Part shown: positions 10,058-19,190 of the stretch, one piece after another
How positions within the stretch are numbered: position 1 is the first letter of the stretch
Layout: each line of letters opens with the position of its first letter
From: Chloroflexota bacterium
GTDB lineage: Bacteria > Chloroflexota > JAJPGV01
Direction: 5' to 3'
Assembly: GCA_021325635.1 (NCBI GenBank)
Contig: JAJPGV010000056.1
Span: 67,037-131,036, forward strand
Length of the DNA stretch: 64,000 nt
Position numbers and translations under genes: made by a program
Notes under the pieces: model-generated
Database searches by the model: none
Seen by the model: the letters and a program-made list of their open reading frames with translations, nothing else
What the model was told of the DNA's origin: nothing

Positions 10058-10276
10058 ATGGGACAACCCTTCACCACCCCAACTGACCGCCGCCCCCGCG
10101 CCGTGTACCTCGACGATGAGATGATCGACTGGTTCCTGCACGATCCAGCGGCGGCGGCGCAGTTCCTCTACCAGAACCGCGTGCAGGTGCTCGAAGACGG
10201 CACGCACGGCACCGGCCCCGTGCGGGTAATGGTGCTGACCCGGGACTCCGTGCCCGGTTTAGGGCTCGCTTGCTAG
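10058..10276 (+). CDS. Hypothetical protein
   Basis: MGQPFTTPTDRRPRAVYLDDEMIDWFLHDP... with coding-like codon use; alternative start at 10049. Confidence 0.55.
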   Translation: MGQPFTTPTDRRPRAVYLDDEMIDWFLHDPAAAAQFLYQNRVQVLEDGTHGTGPVRVMVLTRDSVPGLGLAC

Positions 10277-10307
10277 CGGCTGCATTTGGTATAGTCAGAC
10301 GCTGAAC

Positions 10308-10381
10308 GGCGCATTCGTCTAGCGGCCTAGGACGCAGCCCTCTCAAGGCTGAGATCACCGGTTCGAATCCGGTATGCGCTA
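10308..10381 (+). tRNA. tRNA-Glu (anticodon CTC), CCA not encoded
   Basis: Acceptor GGCGCAT/ATGCGCT, anticodon arm CAGCC-CTCTCAA-GGCTG, T-arm ACCGG-TTCGAAT-CCGGT. Extended -10 TGGTATAGT at 10287-10295. Followed by CTA instead of CCA. Confidence 0.96.
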
Positions 10382-10401
10382 CTAGTTTTTTGAGCGTGAA
10401 A

Positions 10402-10441
10402 ACTCACTTATAGTCAAGTGAGTCACCCGTTTAGTCACCCG
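10402..10441. repeat. Inverted repeat plus tandem 9-bp direct repeat downstream of tRNA-Glu
   Basis: ACTCACTT-N6-AAGTGAGT (10402-10423) and AGTCACCCG twice (10421-10429, 10433-10441). Confidence 0.6.
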
Positions 10442-10769
10442 GCCCGTCAAATTGGGCGTCGCACATCGTCATCCGAGCACAGACGGTCAGACGTTCGAGC
10501 TCTGCGTGGAGCCGCTGACTGCGTGGCACACACCGCCTTTGGGTTCGGAAAGAGCTTTCAGAGGGAAGGCAGGCCCGGCTCCACCGTGCTGGTTTTTTTT
10601 GCTGTCCACCAGCAGTCGAGCGGAGTTAGGGGGCGGCGCGGCAGCAGCAGCAGTAGGGCAGCAGCAATCGTCGCTCCTCGTTGTTGTTGTTCTGTGAATG
10701 GCGGCGAGGGGTGAGCCTGCGCGAGGTCCGCAGGCCCTGCCCGGCCGGGGACCCTCTGGAAGCCGTCAA

Positions 10770-11351
10770 TCACGCTTCCATGGACGGGAAGTCCTGCCGC
10801 GTGAGTGGACGGTTGAGCGGAAAGCCCTCGCCAATGAGGTCGACGCTCCCTCCATCTCGGAGAAAGATGACGTCTGTCACACCGGGGAACTGAGTGACTG
10901 TGTAGACCACCTGGGCCAGCCGCAGGAGAGTCCCCGTCGCTCCGCCCGGAGCGAAGAAGGGCTCGTTCAAGCTGACCCTGGCGGTTCTGGCGGAAATGAC
11001 AATGTCCTGCAGGCGAGCGGCATCCGGGATCTCGGTGGAATGTCCAGCATCCGGGGGGCCGTTGAATAGTTGCTCCAGCGCCTGCCGTGCCGGGGCAGCG
11101 CTTGACACCTGGGAGGGCACCACCGACAGTTGGCCAGCCGCCGTGAAATAGAGGACGGCGGCCTGTATGGTCTTCGTCGGCTCGCCCGTCGGTGATGCCG
11201 CGACGGCACCGGCACTTGTGCCTGCTGACGAGGGCGGAGGTGCGCCTCCGCTGTCACGAAACCCCTTTCCGCCATCGTCCCACGAGGACGCTTGAGCGCA
11301 GCCTGCCAGGAGCACGCATATGGCAAAGCCACTGAGCCAGCGGGGTGTCAT
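10770..11351 (-). CDS. GerMN-domain lipoprotein
   Basis: Lipobox LLAG-C, low-complexity linker, then LYF...ALEQLFNGP...QVVYTVTQFPGVTDV GerMN pattern. Confidence 0.85.
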   Translation of the reverse strand: MTPRWLSGFAICVLLAGCAQASSWDDGGKGFRDSGGAPPPSSAGTSAGAVAASPTGEPTKTIQAAVLYFTAAGQLSVVPSQVSSAAPARQALEQLFNGPPDAGHSTEIPDAARLQDIVISARTARVSLNEPFFAPGGATGTLLRLAQVVYTVTQFPGVTDVIFLRDGGSVDLIGEGFPLNRPLTRQDFPSMEA

Positions 11352-13129
11352 CCCAGCTTGAGAGTCTGGCCAGCCTGGATGGCGTCGGGCGCCGCCAGGT
11401 GGTTCAGGGCGACCAGTGTCTCGATGGACACACCGACGCGGGCGGCCAGGGCCGATAAGGTGTCGCCCGCGCCGACCGTAATGCTTGTCGGGTTCGGGGC
11501 GGTAGCCGGCCGTGCGACGGCCGGCGAGCCAGCCGTTGGCAGAGCGAGCTTCTGACCGACCTTCAAGAGCCCATCCAGGGACAGATGATTCACCGCTGTC
11601 AACTCAGAAACAGTGACGCCAGACCGGGCGGCGATGCCCGACAGCGTGTCGCCTGGGGCGATGGTCACGGTGGTGGCCACGGATGGAGAGGCGGTCGAGC
11701 CCGCCGTCGTCGAGGATGTCGGCGCTGCTTTGTCAGATGGAATCAGCAGCTTCTGGCCGACCCGAATGGTTCCGTCCGAGCTCAACTGGTTGGCGGCCGT
11801 CAAGTCGGCAACGGATACCCCGACCTTGCCAGCGAGGGCCAACAGCGTGTCTCCGGCGGCGACCACGACGGTGGAGGGTCGCGCGGCTGGCGCGCCGGCC
11901 GCCGCGGCCTCTGCGCTGGCTGGCGTGGCAGTCGGCGCTCCGGAAGGACCGACATCAGCTCGGTCGACATAGGCTACATTGCCGGTTGCGGCAACGCGCA
12001 CGTAGAAGCGCGAGGTGGCACTCGGCGCCAGCACCTGCACATAGCTCCAGACCGGCAATGGCCCGAAGCTGACGCCATCGGACGGCCCCGACCACAGCTG
12101 AGTCGCGCGGAAACTCTGAACCCAGAAGGGTTCGAAGGCGGCTGGCGCTGGCGGCGGTCCACTGGGCCCCACGTTCTTGGCCTCGACGTAGCCCGGACCG
12201 TTGGTCGACGGGTTAAGAACATTCAGAAAGTCACCGTTCTGACCGAGGACCTTCAGGTGCGTGAACGGAGCTAACGTAGAGAATATCTTGGCCTTATCGT
12301 CGGGGCCGGAGAGCAGCGGAGCTGGCACGACGGTTTGCACCCAGCGTTCGGCCAGGGCCTGAGATCGATCGTCTTTGGGTGAGGTGCCCGCGCAGCCCGC
12401 CAGGCCATCCTTAGGAGCTGGCGCGCCGCCAGCGTCGCCGCTATTGAAGAAGCCGTTCAGCCCATCGGCAATGGCGTCTACCAGGAGATGTTGATGGCCG
12501 GGGTCCACCAGCTTGGCGGCGTCGCTCTTATTAGACAAGAAGGCCGTTTCGACCAGAATGGCCGGGACGCCGGGATTGCCCAGCACCCAGAACGCCGCGG
12601 ACTGCGCGCCGTTGTCTCGCTCGTGGGTGCGGGACACGATTGCGGCCTGGACTTTCTGGGCAAGCGAGTAAGACCGACTGACATCCGCTGGCGACAGCTT
12701 CACTCCGCTGTAGAAGCCGCAGACCGGACCGTAGAACGTGGTGGCACCATTCGCATTCGGATCGGCCGCCTCATTCCCGTGGATCGAGACGAAGGCGCTG
12801 GCATGGCTCTGCTGGGCCAGGTTGACCCGCGCCTGCAGATCGGCGTCGACCGTCCCGCTGGGTGCCAGGCTCACGTCACTGTCCCGGGTCATGACCACGC
12901 GTGCACCCTGCGCCTGCAGGACGCCTGCCAGCTGCCGGCCGACGGCCAGGGTGATGCTCTTCTCCTGGACGCCGTTGTCCACCGCACCCGGATCTTTGCC
13001 TCCATGGCCAGGGTCCACGACTATCGTCTTGCCGTTGACCGAGCCGGCAGCAGCAGCCTGCGGAACCATTGCCAGCAAGCTGGCTCCGAGGACGGCCGCG
13101 GTCGCGATGATGCGACTCAGGTAAGACAC
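11348..13129 (-). CDS. N-acetylmuramoyl-L-alanine amidase (Amidase_3) with three LysM domains
   Basis: Signal peptide, VDPGHGGKDPGA...EK, SIHGN, LVETAFLSN; three GDTL...N LysM repeats at the C-terminus. Start uncertain (ORF extends to 13231). Confidence 0.92.
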   Translation of the reverse strand: MSYLSRIIATAAVLGASLLAMVPQAAAAGSVNGKTIVVDPGHGGKDPGAVDNGVQEKSITLAVGRQLAGVLQAQGARVVMTRDSDVSLAPSGTVDADLQARVNLAQQSHASAFVSIHGNEAADPNANGATTFYGPVCGFYSGVKLSPADVSRSYSLAQKVQAAIVSRTHERDNGAQSAAFWVLGNPGVPAILVETAFLSNKSDAAKLVDPGHQHLLVDAIADGLNGFFNSGDAGGAPAPKDGLAGCAGTSPKDDRSQALAERWVQTVVPAPLLSGPDDKAKIFSTLAPFTHLKVLGQNGDFLNVLNPSTNGPGYVEAKNVGPSGPPPAPAAFEPFWVQSFRATQLWSGPSDGVSFGPLPVWSYVQVLAPSATSRFYVRVAATGNVAYVDRADVGPSGAPTATPASAEAAAAGAPAARPSTVVVAAGDTLLALAGKVGVSVADLTAANQLSSDGTIRVGQKLLIPSDKAAPTSSTTAGSTASPSVATTVTIAPGDTLSGIAARSGVTVSELTAVNHLSLDGLLKVGQKLALPTAGSPAVARPATAPNPTSITVGAGDTLSALAARVGVSIETLVALNHLAAPDAIQAGQTLKLG

Positions 13130-13330
13130 GTGCACGAGCAGAGACACCGACGAGCTGAACGCACTCGATCCTGCAAAACGAGCCGATGAATGCGCCGTTA
13201 TCGCTTGGCCAAGGCCTTGCTGGTCTTTCACGAATTTTCATCCTGCGCTTAGCTGCCGGCTCGGAGGAAGTCAAGGTCGCCAGCGCGTCGGAGAGCGGGA
13301 TTGGAATCCCATAGAGGCGATGAGGCGGCG

Positions 13331-13612
13331 ATGGCCGCAATCACATCTGTGCCCTCAAAACTGCTGGATCTCCAACAGCATCCTGATTACCGCCGCGCGG
13401 TGCCAATGCTGGACCACTTCATCCCCCTCCTCTATCTGGTAGGGCTGGCCGAGGCCGCTTTGGAGACCGCAGAGGTGTTAGTGGATGGCTATGCCTATGG
13501 CTCGCTGTCGATGACGGCCTATACCGTGGGTATGCACTGTGAGTTCGACAGCGTCGCGAAGACCGTCCAAGACCTCCTGCGGCTGGTCCCAGCCGACGCG
13601 ACGAATCTGTAG
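13331..13612 (+). pseudogene. C-terminal fragment of an extradiol ring-cleavage dioxygenase (LigB/DODA-type)
   Basis: [22 protein letters not shown]...YGSLSMTAY matches the C-terminus of this family; the N-terminal part is absent. Confidence 0.65.
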
Positions 13613-13841
13613 CAACCCGCGTGTACATGGCGCGTCGTCGCCTCGGTGAGAGGAGTCCGCGACTTTTGCCGTCAGGGCCGTGCCGCTTGCAGGGTCTCGC
13701 GCCAGTGCCGGGCTAGCCCGGCTACACTTGCCTGACCTGGGAAACCCGCCAGCCGGGGAGCGCTGCGCGGCGCTTCTAGAGGACTCAGGATCGGTAGGAG
13801 TTCGCCGGCATCGTCGTGCCACGGTGGCGCAGTTCTGCTCG

Positions 13842-14147
13842 CTAGCGCATCTCAGAGACGGCAGCCAGCGAACCGAAAGGCCCCTCCTCTGCCCGCCGCA
13901 GCGTGCAGTCGTGTATGCCGAACTCGAGTGAGGTCGTCCCATGATGTCCATGGAGAGTCTCGACCTGCGCTACCGAGCTATAGAACGTAATGGTCGGCGT
14001 CTCGGACAGCCATGTCATGGCCACCCAGCCACTGCTGAAGACGACGCCCTCGGCCACGCAGCCCGTGCCACTGATGCCCGTCGGGTCGTCTCGCCGTACG
14101 AGATGAAAGGCACGGAGTTCGGGAACAGCCCGTTGAGTCGTTCTCAT
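13842..14147 (-). CDS. Conserved-looking hypothetical protein
   Basis: RAFHLVRRDDPTGISGTGCVAEGVVFSSGWVAMTW...LHGHHG; ATGA-coupled to the reconstructed upstream receiver gene. Confidence 0.7.
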   Translation of the reverse strand: MRTTQRAVPELRAFHLVRRDDPTGISGTGCVAEGVVFSSGWVAMTWLSETPTITFYSSVAQVETLHGHHGTTSLEFGIHDCTLRRAEEGPFGSLAAVSEMR

Positions 14148-14541
14148 CGTGCGGCCGCAGTCAAGCCCCGGAAAACCGCCAGGAGCAGGTAGTCGGGGTC
14201 GAACCGCTTTCCAGAAAGCTGAACGCGCCGATAGCCCAGGCCTGTTCGGCGACGCGTGCGGCGGCAGTCACCAAGACGACCGGCAGGTCGGAGCCGCACA
14301 TCTGCCGCAGCCGCCGGATGGTGGCGGCGATGTCACCATCCGGCAGCGAGGCATCGCACACGACAGCGCTTGGCCGAGCGTCGTCCGCCAGCGTCAGCGC
14401 TTCACTTCCGTTGGACGCGATGGTCACGTGCAGGCCCTCGGCGCGCAGAATAGTCTCCGCCAGCTGCTGGTCCTCCGGATTCGCGTCCAGCACCATGACT
14501 GGACCGGCGGGTTTCCCGCCAGAGGGTCGATCCCCAGGCAC
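14144..14541 (-). pseudogene. Single-domain response regulator receiver, frameshifted near 14208
   Basis: MVLDANPED...AVVCDASLPDGD...PVVLVTA...GAFSFLE. Adding one A restores KRFDPDYLLLAVFRGLTAAAR*, ending in an ATGA overlap with the next gene. Confidence 0.7.
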
Positions 14542-15170
14542 TATGTACTCCCTGATGGTTCAGTGGGTTGAGGTTGCCAGCTATCCAGCAGCCGTTCGGT
14601 CTCGGCGAGCGGATTGCCGCGCTGCTCGTGAAAGGGCGCGCAGGAGCGCTGTACCACGAGTCCATCTGAGATGGCCATGAGCATGGCCGCGGCGTCCGAG
14701 GCTCGCACGTCGCGGCGGATGCTCCCACCGAGCTTGCCCTCGTCGATGACTTTGCGAAAGGTCTCGAGCCGCCGCGCTCGCGCCTCCTCGACCCACGACC
14801 TCAAGGCCGGCACATCATGGGCGCGCGCCCACAGCTCGAGCGACAGGCGGGCCTCGTCCGGCGACTGCTCCGCCAGCAGTCGTTGCAGCCGGCCCAGCGC
14901 CGAACGCAGACGTCGCAGCGCGGGCCCGGAACGCGACAGTTCGGCGAAGACGGTGTCGTTGTACACCGCGACTCGGTCGGCGACCACGGCCAGGAAGAGC
15001 TCTTCCTTGTTCGGGAAGTAGCGGTAGAGCGACCCCACACTCAGCTTGGCCGCGCTGGCGATCTCCGGCATCGCCGTCGCCGCGAAGCCGCCGTGTGCAA
15101 AGCAGGCCGCGGCCGCGTCGAGGATCTGGTCGTGTCGGGCCAGCTCGCGCTGCAAGGTGATTTTCGGCAT
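14541..15170 (-). CDS. TetR/AcrR family transcriptional regulator
   Basis: ILDAAAACFAHGGFAATAMPEIASAAKLSVGSLYRYFPNKEELF HTH; start set at ATG 15170. Confidence 0.93.
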   Translation of the reverse strand: MPKITLQRELARHDQILDAAAACFAHGGFAATAMPEIASAAKLSVGSLYRYFPNKEELFLAVVADRVAVYNDTVFAELSRSGPALRRLRSALGRLQRLLAEQSPDEARLSLELWARAHDVPALRSWVEEARARRLETFRKVIDEGKLGGSIRRDVRASDAAAMLMAISDGLVVQRSCAPFHEQRGNPLAETERLLDSWQPQPTEPSGST

Positions 15171-15172
15171 AA

Positions 15173-15193
15173 TGAACGTCGGTTCAGTATAAT
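15173..15193. promoter_or_regulatory. Palindromic operator TGAAC-N4-GTTCA overlapping divergent -10 boxes
   Basis: TGAACGTCGGTTCA at 15173-15186; TATAAT (+) at 15188-15193 and TATACT (-) at 15186-15191. Confidence 0.65.
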
Positions 15194-15223
15194 AACGGGC
15201 GAAGTGCCTCCATTTGCACGACT

Positions 15224-15733
15224 GTGCCCTCAATCGCACGGGCATCGCCACTCTCGCGGTCGGCGCCGGCCGCGCTGATGGCTCTTCTGTCAACGCTCCT
15301 GGCACATGTCACGGGGCCGCTGCTGCGCTGGGTCATCGTCGGCGGCATCTTCGAGGTGATCGCGACCCCGCTGCTGTATGTGCTCCATGGTGTCTGGCTG
15401 GTGCCACTGCTGGTCGCCACGTTGCTGGTCGCGGAGCTGACGGCTCTGCCTCGCTTCTTCGTCAACGACCGCTTTGTCTTTGGTCAGCGGCGTCCATCGT
15501 GGCAGCGGCTGTGGCGCTACCACGTGGCCTGTGCGGGCGGCTTTGGTGTGTGGTACACCGTCGCCAATCTTCTTCCACTGCTGGGCCTGCACTACGTCAT
15601 CGCGTCGCTGTGCGCCACCGCGTTTTCGGTCGGCTTCGCGCTGGCGTCCAACTTCGGCTGGATCTGGCGCCGCCGTTCCAGAGGCGAGCCGCACCTGCTG
15701 ACCGCCCCGGAGCTCGCCATCTCTCTCAGCTAG
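15224..15733 (+). CDS. GtrA family membrane protein
   Basis: LLRWVIVGG...RFFVNDRFVFG...LWRYH...YVIA...NFGWIW four-helix GtrA pattern. Confidence 0.75.
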   Translation: MPSIARASPLSRSAPAALMALLSTLLAHVTGPLLRWVIVGGIFEVIATPLLYVLHGVWLVPLLVATLLVAELTALPRFFVNDRFVFGQRRPSWQRLWRYHVACAGGFGVWYTVANLLPLLGLHYVIASLCATAFSVGFALASNFGWIWRRRSRGEPHLLTAPELAISLS

Positions 15734-15783
15734 CCTGATAGCCCTGGCGCGAACGGACTTACCTCTCACGCTCCGCTCGCTTC

Positions 15784-15803
15784 CATACTGAACGACCGTT
15801 CAG
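15784..15803 (+). promoter_or_regulatory. Second copy of the TGAAC-N4-GTTCA operator
   Basis: CATACTGAACGACCGTTCAG lies just upstream of ATG 15805, with the same geometry as at the tetR start. Confidence 0.6.
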
Positions 15804-15804
15804 C

Positions 15805-16312
15805 ATGATCGACACGGCACACATCCTGGGGCACATCATTGTGCGCAATGAGTGCGTAAGACATATACTCGCTGCGACTATAGATGCGATCCGCGTGGAA
15901 GTCGGTGCGACGCGCGTGGGAGCGTGCAACAGCGAGCACCAGCGATGGGACTCCCGGACAATGCTCGCTACGGCTGTCCGCGTCTGGAGGTGGGCACTCT
16001 GCCCACGGGCAACGCGATGCGTGGAAATACCTCCGCTGCTTGGGGTCCGAAGGGCACGAGCTTGGTTTAGGACCAATCCGAATCACGGTCGACCTGCCAG
16101 GCGGCCACTACGACCAGAACGTCCTCAGCGCCGCGCTGCGCTTCGCGGTCACCACGCCCGCACTCGTCAGGATCGTGTTGTCGGGCGACGGTGATCCAGC
16201 TGCGTTTCAAGACGCCTTCCACGGCGCACTGCTGGCAACCTTCAGGAGCCTCGGCCGTCGGCCCCGCAGTATCGAGGTTGTAATCCCATCAGTGGCGCCG
16301 GCCCATGCCTGA
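15805..16312 (+). pseudogene. Possible frameshifted hypothetical gene
   Basis: Operator-adjacent ATG at 15805 is in one frame; the protein-like C-terminus (IRITVDLPGGHYDQNVLSAALRFAV...) is in another and ends overlapping the permease start. Confidence 0.3.
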
Positions 16313-18401
16313 GGGCAAGCGGAAGGCACTGCCGGAGGAAAGGTCGTCGAGCGGCGACGAGACGCAGGCACCGGCGCCTAATAACGGAAGCTCATCCCAC
16401 CACCCGGATCGCCAGGAACTCGTGTGGCGAGAGATGCGCCAGGGTTCCCGGCCAGGCAATAACTATGTCCGGATAGCCCGGCACCGGTCGTTCCGCCGCA
16501 CAGGTGAGGGCAACCTGCTGCCCGAACCAGAAGCCGTCGAACCGCGGTCCGGGTCAGCCCGCGTGTTGAGGGGGCTCAAGCGGCTGCTGGTGGGCGCGCC
16601 GCTCGCCTCCGAGCAAGAACTTGAAGAGCGCACCGGCAAGCTGAAGGGGCTCGCCATCTTCGCCTCCGACAACATCTCCTCATCGGCCTACGCATCCGAG
16701 GAGATCATGCGCATCCTGGTGCTCGCCGGTGTGGGGGCGCTGTCCCTTACCCTGCCGCTAACCCTCGCAATCATCGTCATCCTGGCCATCGTCGTCATCA
16801 GCTACCGCCAAGTCCTGTTCGCCTATCCTAAGGGCGGCGGCAGCTACGCCGTGGCGCTCGAGAACCTGGGTCTCATCGCGGGCCTGGTCGCGGCGGCTTC
16901 ACTCTTCACCGACTACTTTCTGACGGTTGCCGTGTCCGTGTCCGCCGGCATTGCCGCGTTGACATCCGCATTTCCCGATCTCTTCGACTACCGCGTCGTG
17001 TTCGCCGTCGGGCTGGTCGTCTTGATGACCGTGGTCAACCTGCGCGGTCTGCGCGAGTCTGGCAACGTGTTCGCTATCCCGACTTACGTATATGCGTGCG
17101 CCATGATCGGCATGGTCCTTTATGGACTCTTCCGGTACCTGACGGGTAACCTGCCGCAGTACAGCGCTCCACCGGAATGGCTGCAGCAGCATGGGACGGC
17201 CCAGGCGCTGTCGATCGTAATCATTCTGCGTGCGTTCGCCTCTGGCTCTGTAGCTCTAACGGGCACAGAGGCTGTCGCGGACGGCGTCGCGGCCTTCAAG
17301 CCACCGGAGGTGCGCAACGCGCAGACAGTGCTGGTCGCTATGGGGACACTGTTCGCCACCATCTTCTTTGGCATCAGCTTCCTGTCGGGCCACATGGGCA
17401 TCATCCCTGACCCCACGGAAGTCGAAACCGTCAACAGCCAACTGAGCCGCACGTTGACCGGAACCGGCTGGTTCTTCTACCTGCTGCAGTTCTCCACCGC
17501 CATCTTGCTCATCCTGGCGGCGAACACGGCGTTTAATGGCTTCCCCCGGCTGGCCAGCATTCTCGCTCAGGACAAGTTCCTGCCGCACCAGTTCCAGTTC
17601 CGCGGCGACCGACTGGCGTACTCCACGGGCATCCTGGCGCTGGCAGGTGTCGCCATACTGGTCGTCATCGCGTTCGGCGGCAGCGTCACGCGACTCATCC
17701 CGCTGTACACGGTGGGCGTGTTCATCGCCTTTACGCTGAGTCAGATCGGCCTGGTGCGGCACTGGACGCGGCTGCGCGATAGGCGCTGGCAACTGCGAGC
17801 CACCATCAATGGCGTCGGCGCCGCCGCGACAGGCGTGGTGGCGGTGATCGTCGCTGCCTCCAAATTTGCGCTGGGCGCCTGGATGGTGCTCGTTCTCATC
17901 CCGATCCTTGTCTTCCTGATGTGGGCCATCAGCAGGCACTATCACGCGGTCGAGCATGCCGGCCGAGCAAACACGCCAGTGTCGCCCGATCAAGTCCACC
18001 CGCGCTGCGTAGTGCCTATCGCGGGAGTTGGACTACCGGCCCGGCAGGCCCTCGCCTTCGCGCTGGCCATAGCCAAACCAGAAAACGTGTCCGCGGTGTT
18101 CGTAGCCGACGATGACGACGCGGCCGAGGCCATGCGCGAGGAGTGGGAAACCGCCGACATCCCGGTGCCGCTGACTGTCATCGAGTCGCCTTACCGATCG
18201 CTGCTGTCGCCCCTGCTGGCCTACATTGACGCTCTCAAGGAGACGCACCCCCAGGAAACGATCGTGGTGGTGCTGGCCGAGTTTGTGCCTCGGCAGTGGT
18301 GGCAGCATCTGCTCCACAATCAGACGGCACTCCGGTTGAAGGCGGCCTTGCTGTTCCGGCCAGGCGTCATCGTATCCAATATTCCCTATCACCTGGCGTA
18401 G
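16305..18401 (+). CDS. APC family permease, KimA/YdaO-like K+ transporter
   Basis: FASDNISSSAYASEE, YPKGGGSY, ALTGTEAVADG, ANTAFNGFPRL; cytoplasmic tail SPYRSLL...WWQHLLHNQTALRLKAAL. Confidence 0.88.
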   Translation: MPEGKRKALPEERSSSGDETQAPAPNNGSSSHHPDRQELVWREMRQGSRPGNNYVRIARHRSFRRTGEGNLLPEPEAVEPRSGSARVLRGLKRLLVGAPLASEQELEERTGKLKGLAIFASDNISSSAYASEEIMRILVLAGVGALSLTLPLTLAIIVILAIVVISYRQVLFAYPKGGGSYAVALENLGLIAGLVAAASLFTDYFLTVAVSVSAGIAALTSAFPDLFDYRVVFAVGLVVLMTVVNLRGLRESGNVFAIPTYVYACAMIGMVLYGLFRYLTGNLPQYSAPPEWLQQHGTAQALSIVIILRAFASGSVALTGTEAVADGVAAFKPPEVRNAQTVLVAMGTLFATIFFGISFLSGHMGIIPDPTEVETVNSQLSRTLTGTGWFFYLLQFSTAILLILAANTAFNGFPRLASILAQDKFLPHQFQFRGDRLAYSTGILALAGVAILVVIAFGGSVTRLIPLYTVGVFIAFTLSQIGLVRHWTRLRDRRWQLRATINGVGAAATGVVAVIVAASKFALGAWMVLVLIPILVFLMWAISRHYHAVEHAGRANTPVSPDQVHPRCVVPIAGVGLPARQALAFALAIAKPENVSAVFVADDDDAAEAMREEWETADIPVPLTVIESPYRSLLSPLLAYIDALKETHPQETIVVVLAEFVPRQWWQHLLHNQTALRLKAALLFRPGVIVSNIPYHLA

Positions 18402-18418
18402 GTCTGTCACTTGACATC

Positions 18419-18748
18419 ATGTCCCGCACCAGCAGTCCCGAAAACCCTCTGACCGATGGACGCCGGAGAACACGAGCCCGAATGCTCGGTGTCGCCGTTG
18501 CCGCCGGCGGTCTGCTGGGGCTGGCAAGCCTGTATCCCGTTATGCAGGCGCTTGCCCCCAGCCTGCACGATCCAGCGGGTGTGGCGGTGAAGAGCTGCAC
18601 TCCCGGGACGGCTCGGCGACACCTTCAGGTGTGCGAGTATCCCGACGGCTCGCTGCGCTCGTTCGATGCCAGCGTCCAACCCCCTCGCCCGACATCGCTG
18701 CCAGATGAAGACATGCGGCGCATCCTCGCCGGCGACCCGGCTTATTAG
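18419..18748 (+). CDS. Hypothetical single-TM protein
   Basis: One hydrophobic helix and two Cys; follows the permease on the same strand. Confidence 0.45.
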   Translation: MSRTSSPENPLTDGRRRTRARMLGVAVAAGGLLGLASLYPVMQALAPSLHDPAGVAVKSCTPGTARRHLQVCEYPDGSLRSFDASVQPPRPTSLPDEDMRRILAGDPAY

Positions 18749-18829
18749 CGGTCCGGCAGCTCATCGGACGGGTAGGACAGGTAAGATTCTGCCCAGGACG
18801 CATGTAGTGCAGATGGGTACAGTGTGACC

Positions 18830-19177
18830 ATGCCCGAAGCCGAGCTGACGCCCGCGATGTTCCAGATCATGCTGTCGCTGCTGGACGAGGAACGGCACGG
18901 CTACAGCATCATGCGAGAGATCGCCGAGCGCACGCAGGGCGAAGTCCGGCTCGGCGCCGCGACGCTCTACCGGGCCATCAAGCGGATGGTCGATGCCGGC
19001 CTGATCGTGGAAATCGCCGAACGCCCGGCGCCTGAGCTCGACGATGAACGGCGGCGCTATTACCGTCTGACGGACGTGGGGCAGCAGGTGGCGCGTAGCC
19101 ACGCGCAGCAGCTGCAGCGCCTGCTCGAAAGCGTCTACCGCAAGAGACTGCTGGATGCGCCCGCGATGGCTCGCTAG
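18830..19177 (+). CDS. PadR family transcriptional regulator
   Basis: LSLLDEERHGYSIMREI...LGAATLYRAIKRM...ERRRYYRLTDVG. Confidence 0.93.
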   Translation: MPEAELTPAMFQIMLSLLDEERHGYSIMREIAERTQGEVRLGAATLYRAIKRMVDAGLIVEIAERPAPELDDERRRYYRLTDVGQQVARSHAQQLQRLLESVYRKRLLDAPAMAR

Positions 19178-19190
19178 GAGGAGACTGGCA

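Noticed and set aside
10452-10773. Low-complexity GCA/GTT triplet runs and overlapping short ORFs
   Set aside because: No consistent frame, RBS or motif; possibly a decayed gene end but unsupported.
15734-16304. c-di-AMP (ydaO) riboswitch before the KimA-like gene
   Set aside because: I could not identify the conserved elements by eye; an Rfam scan would be needed.
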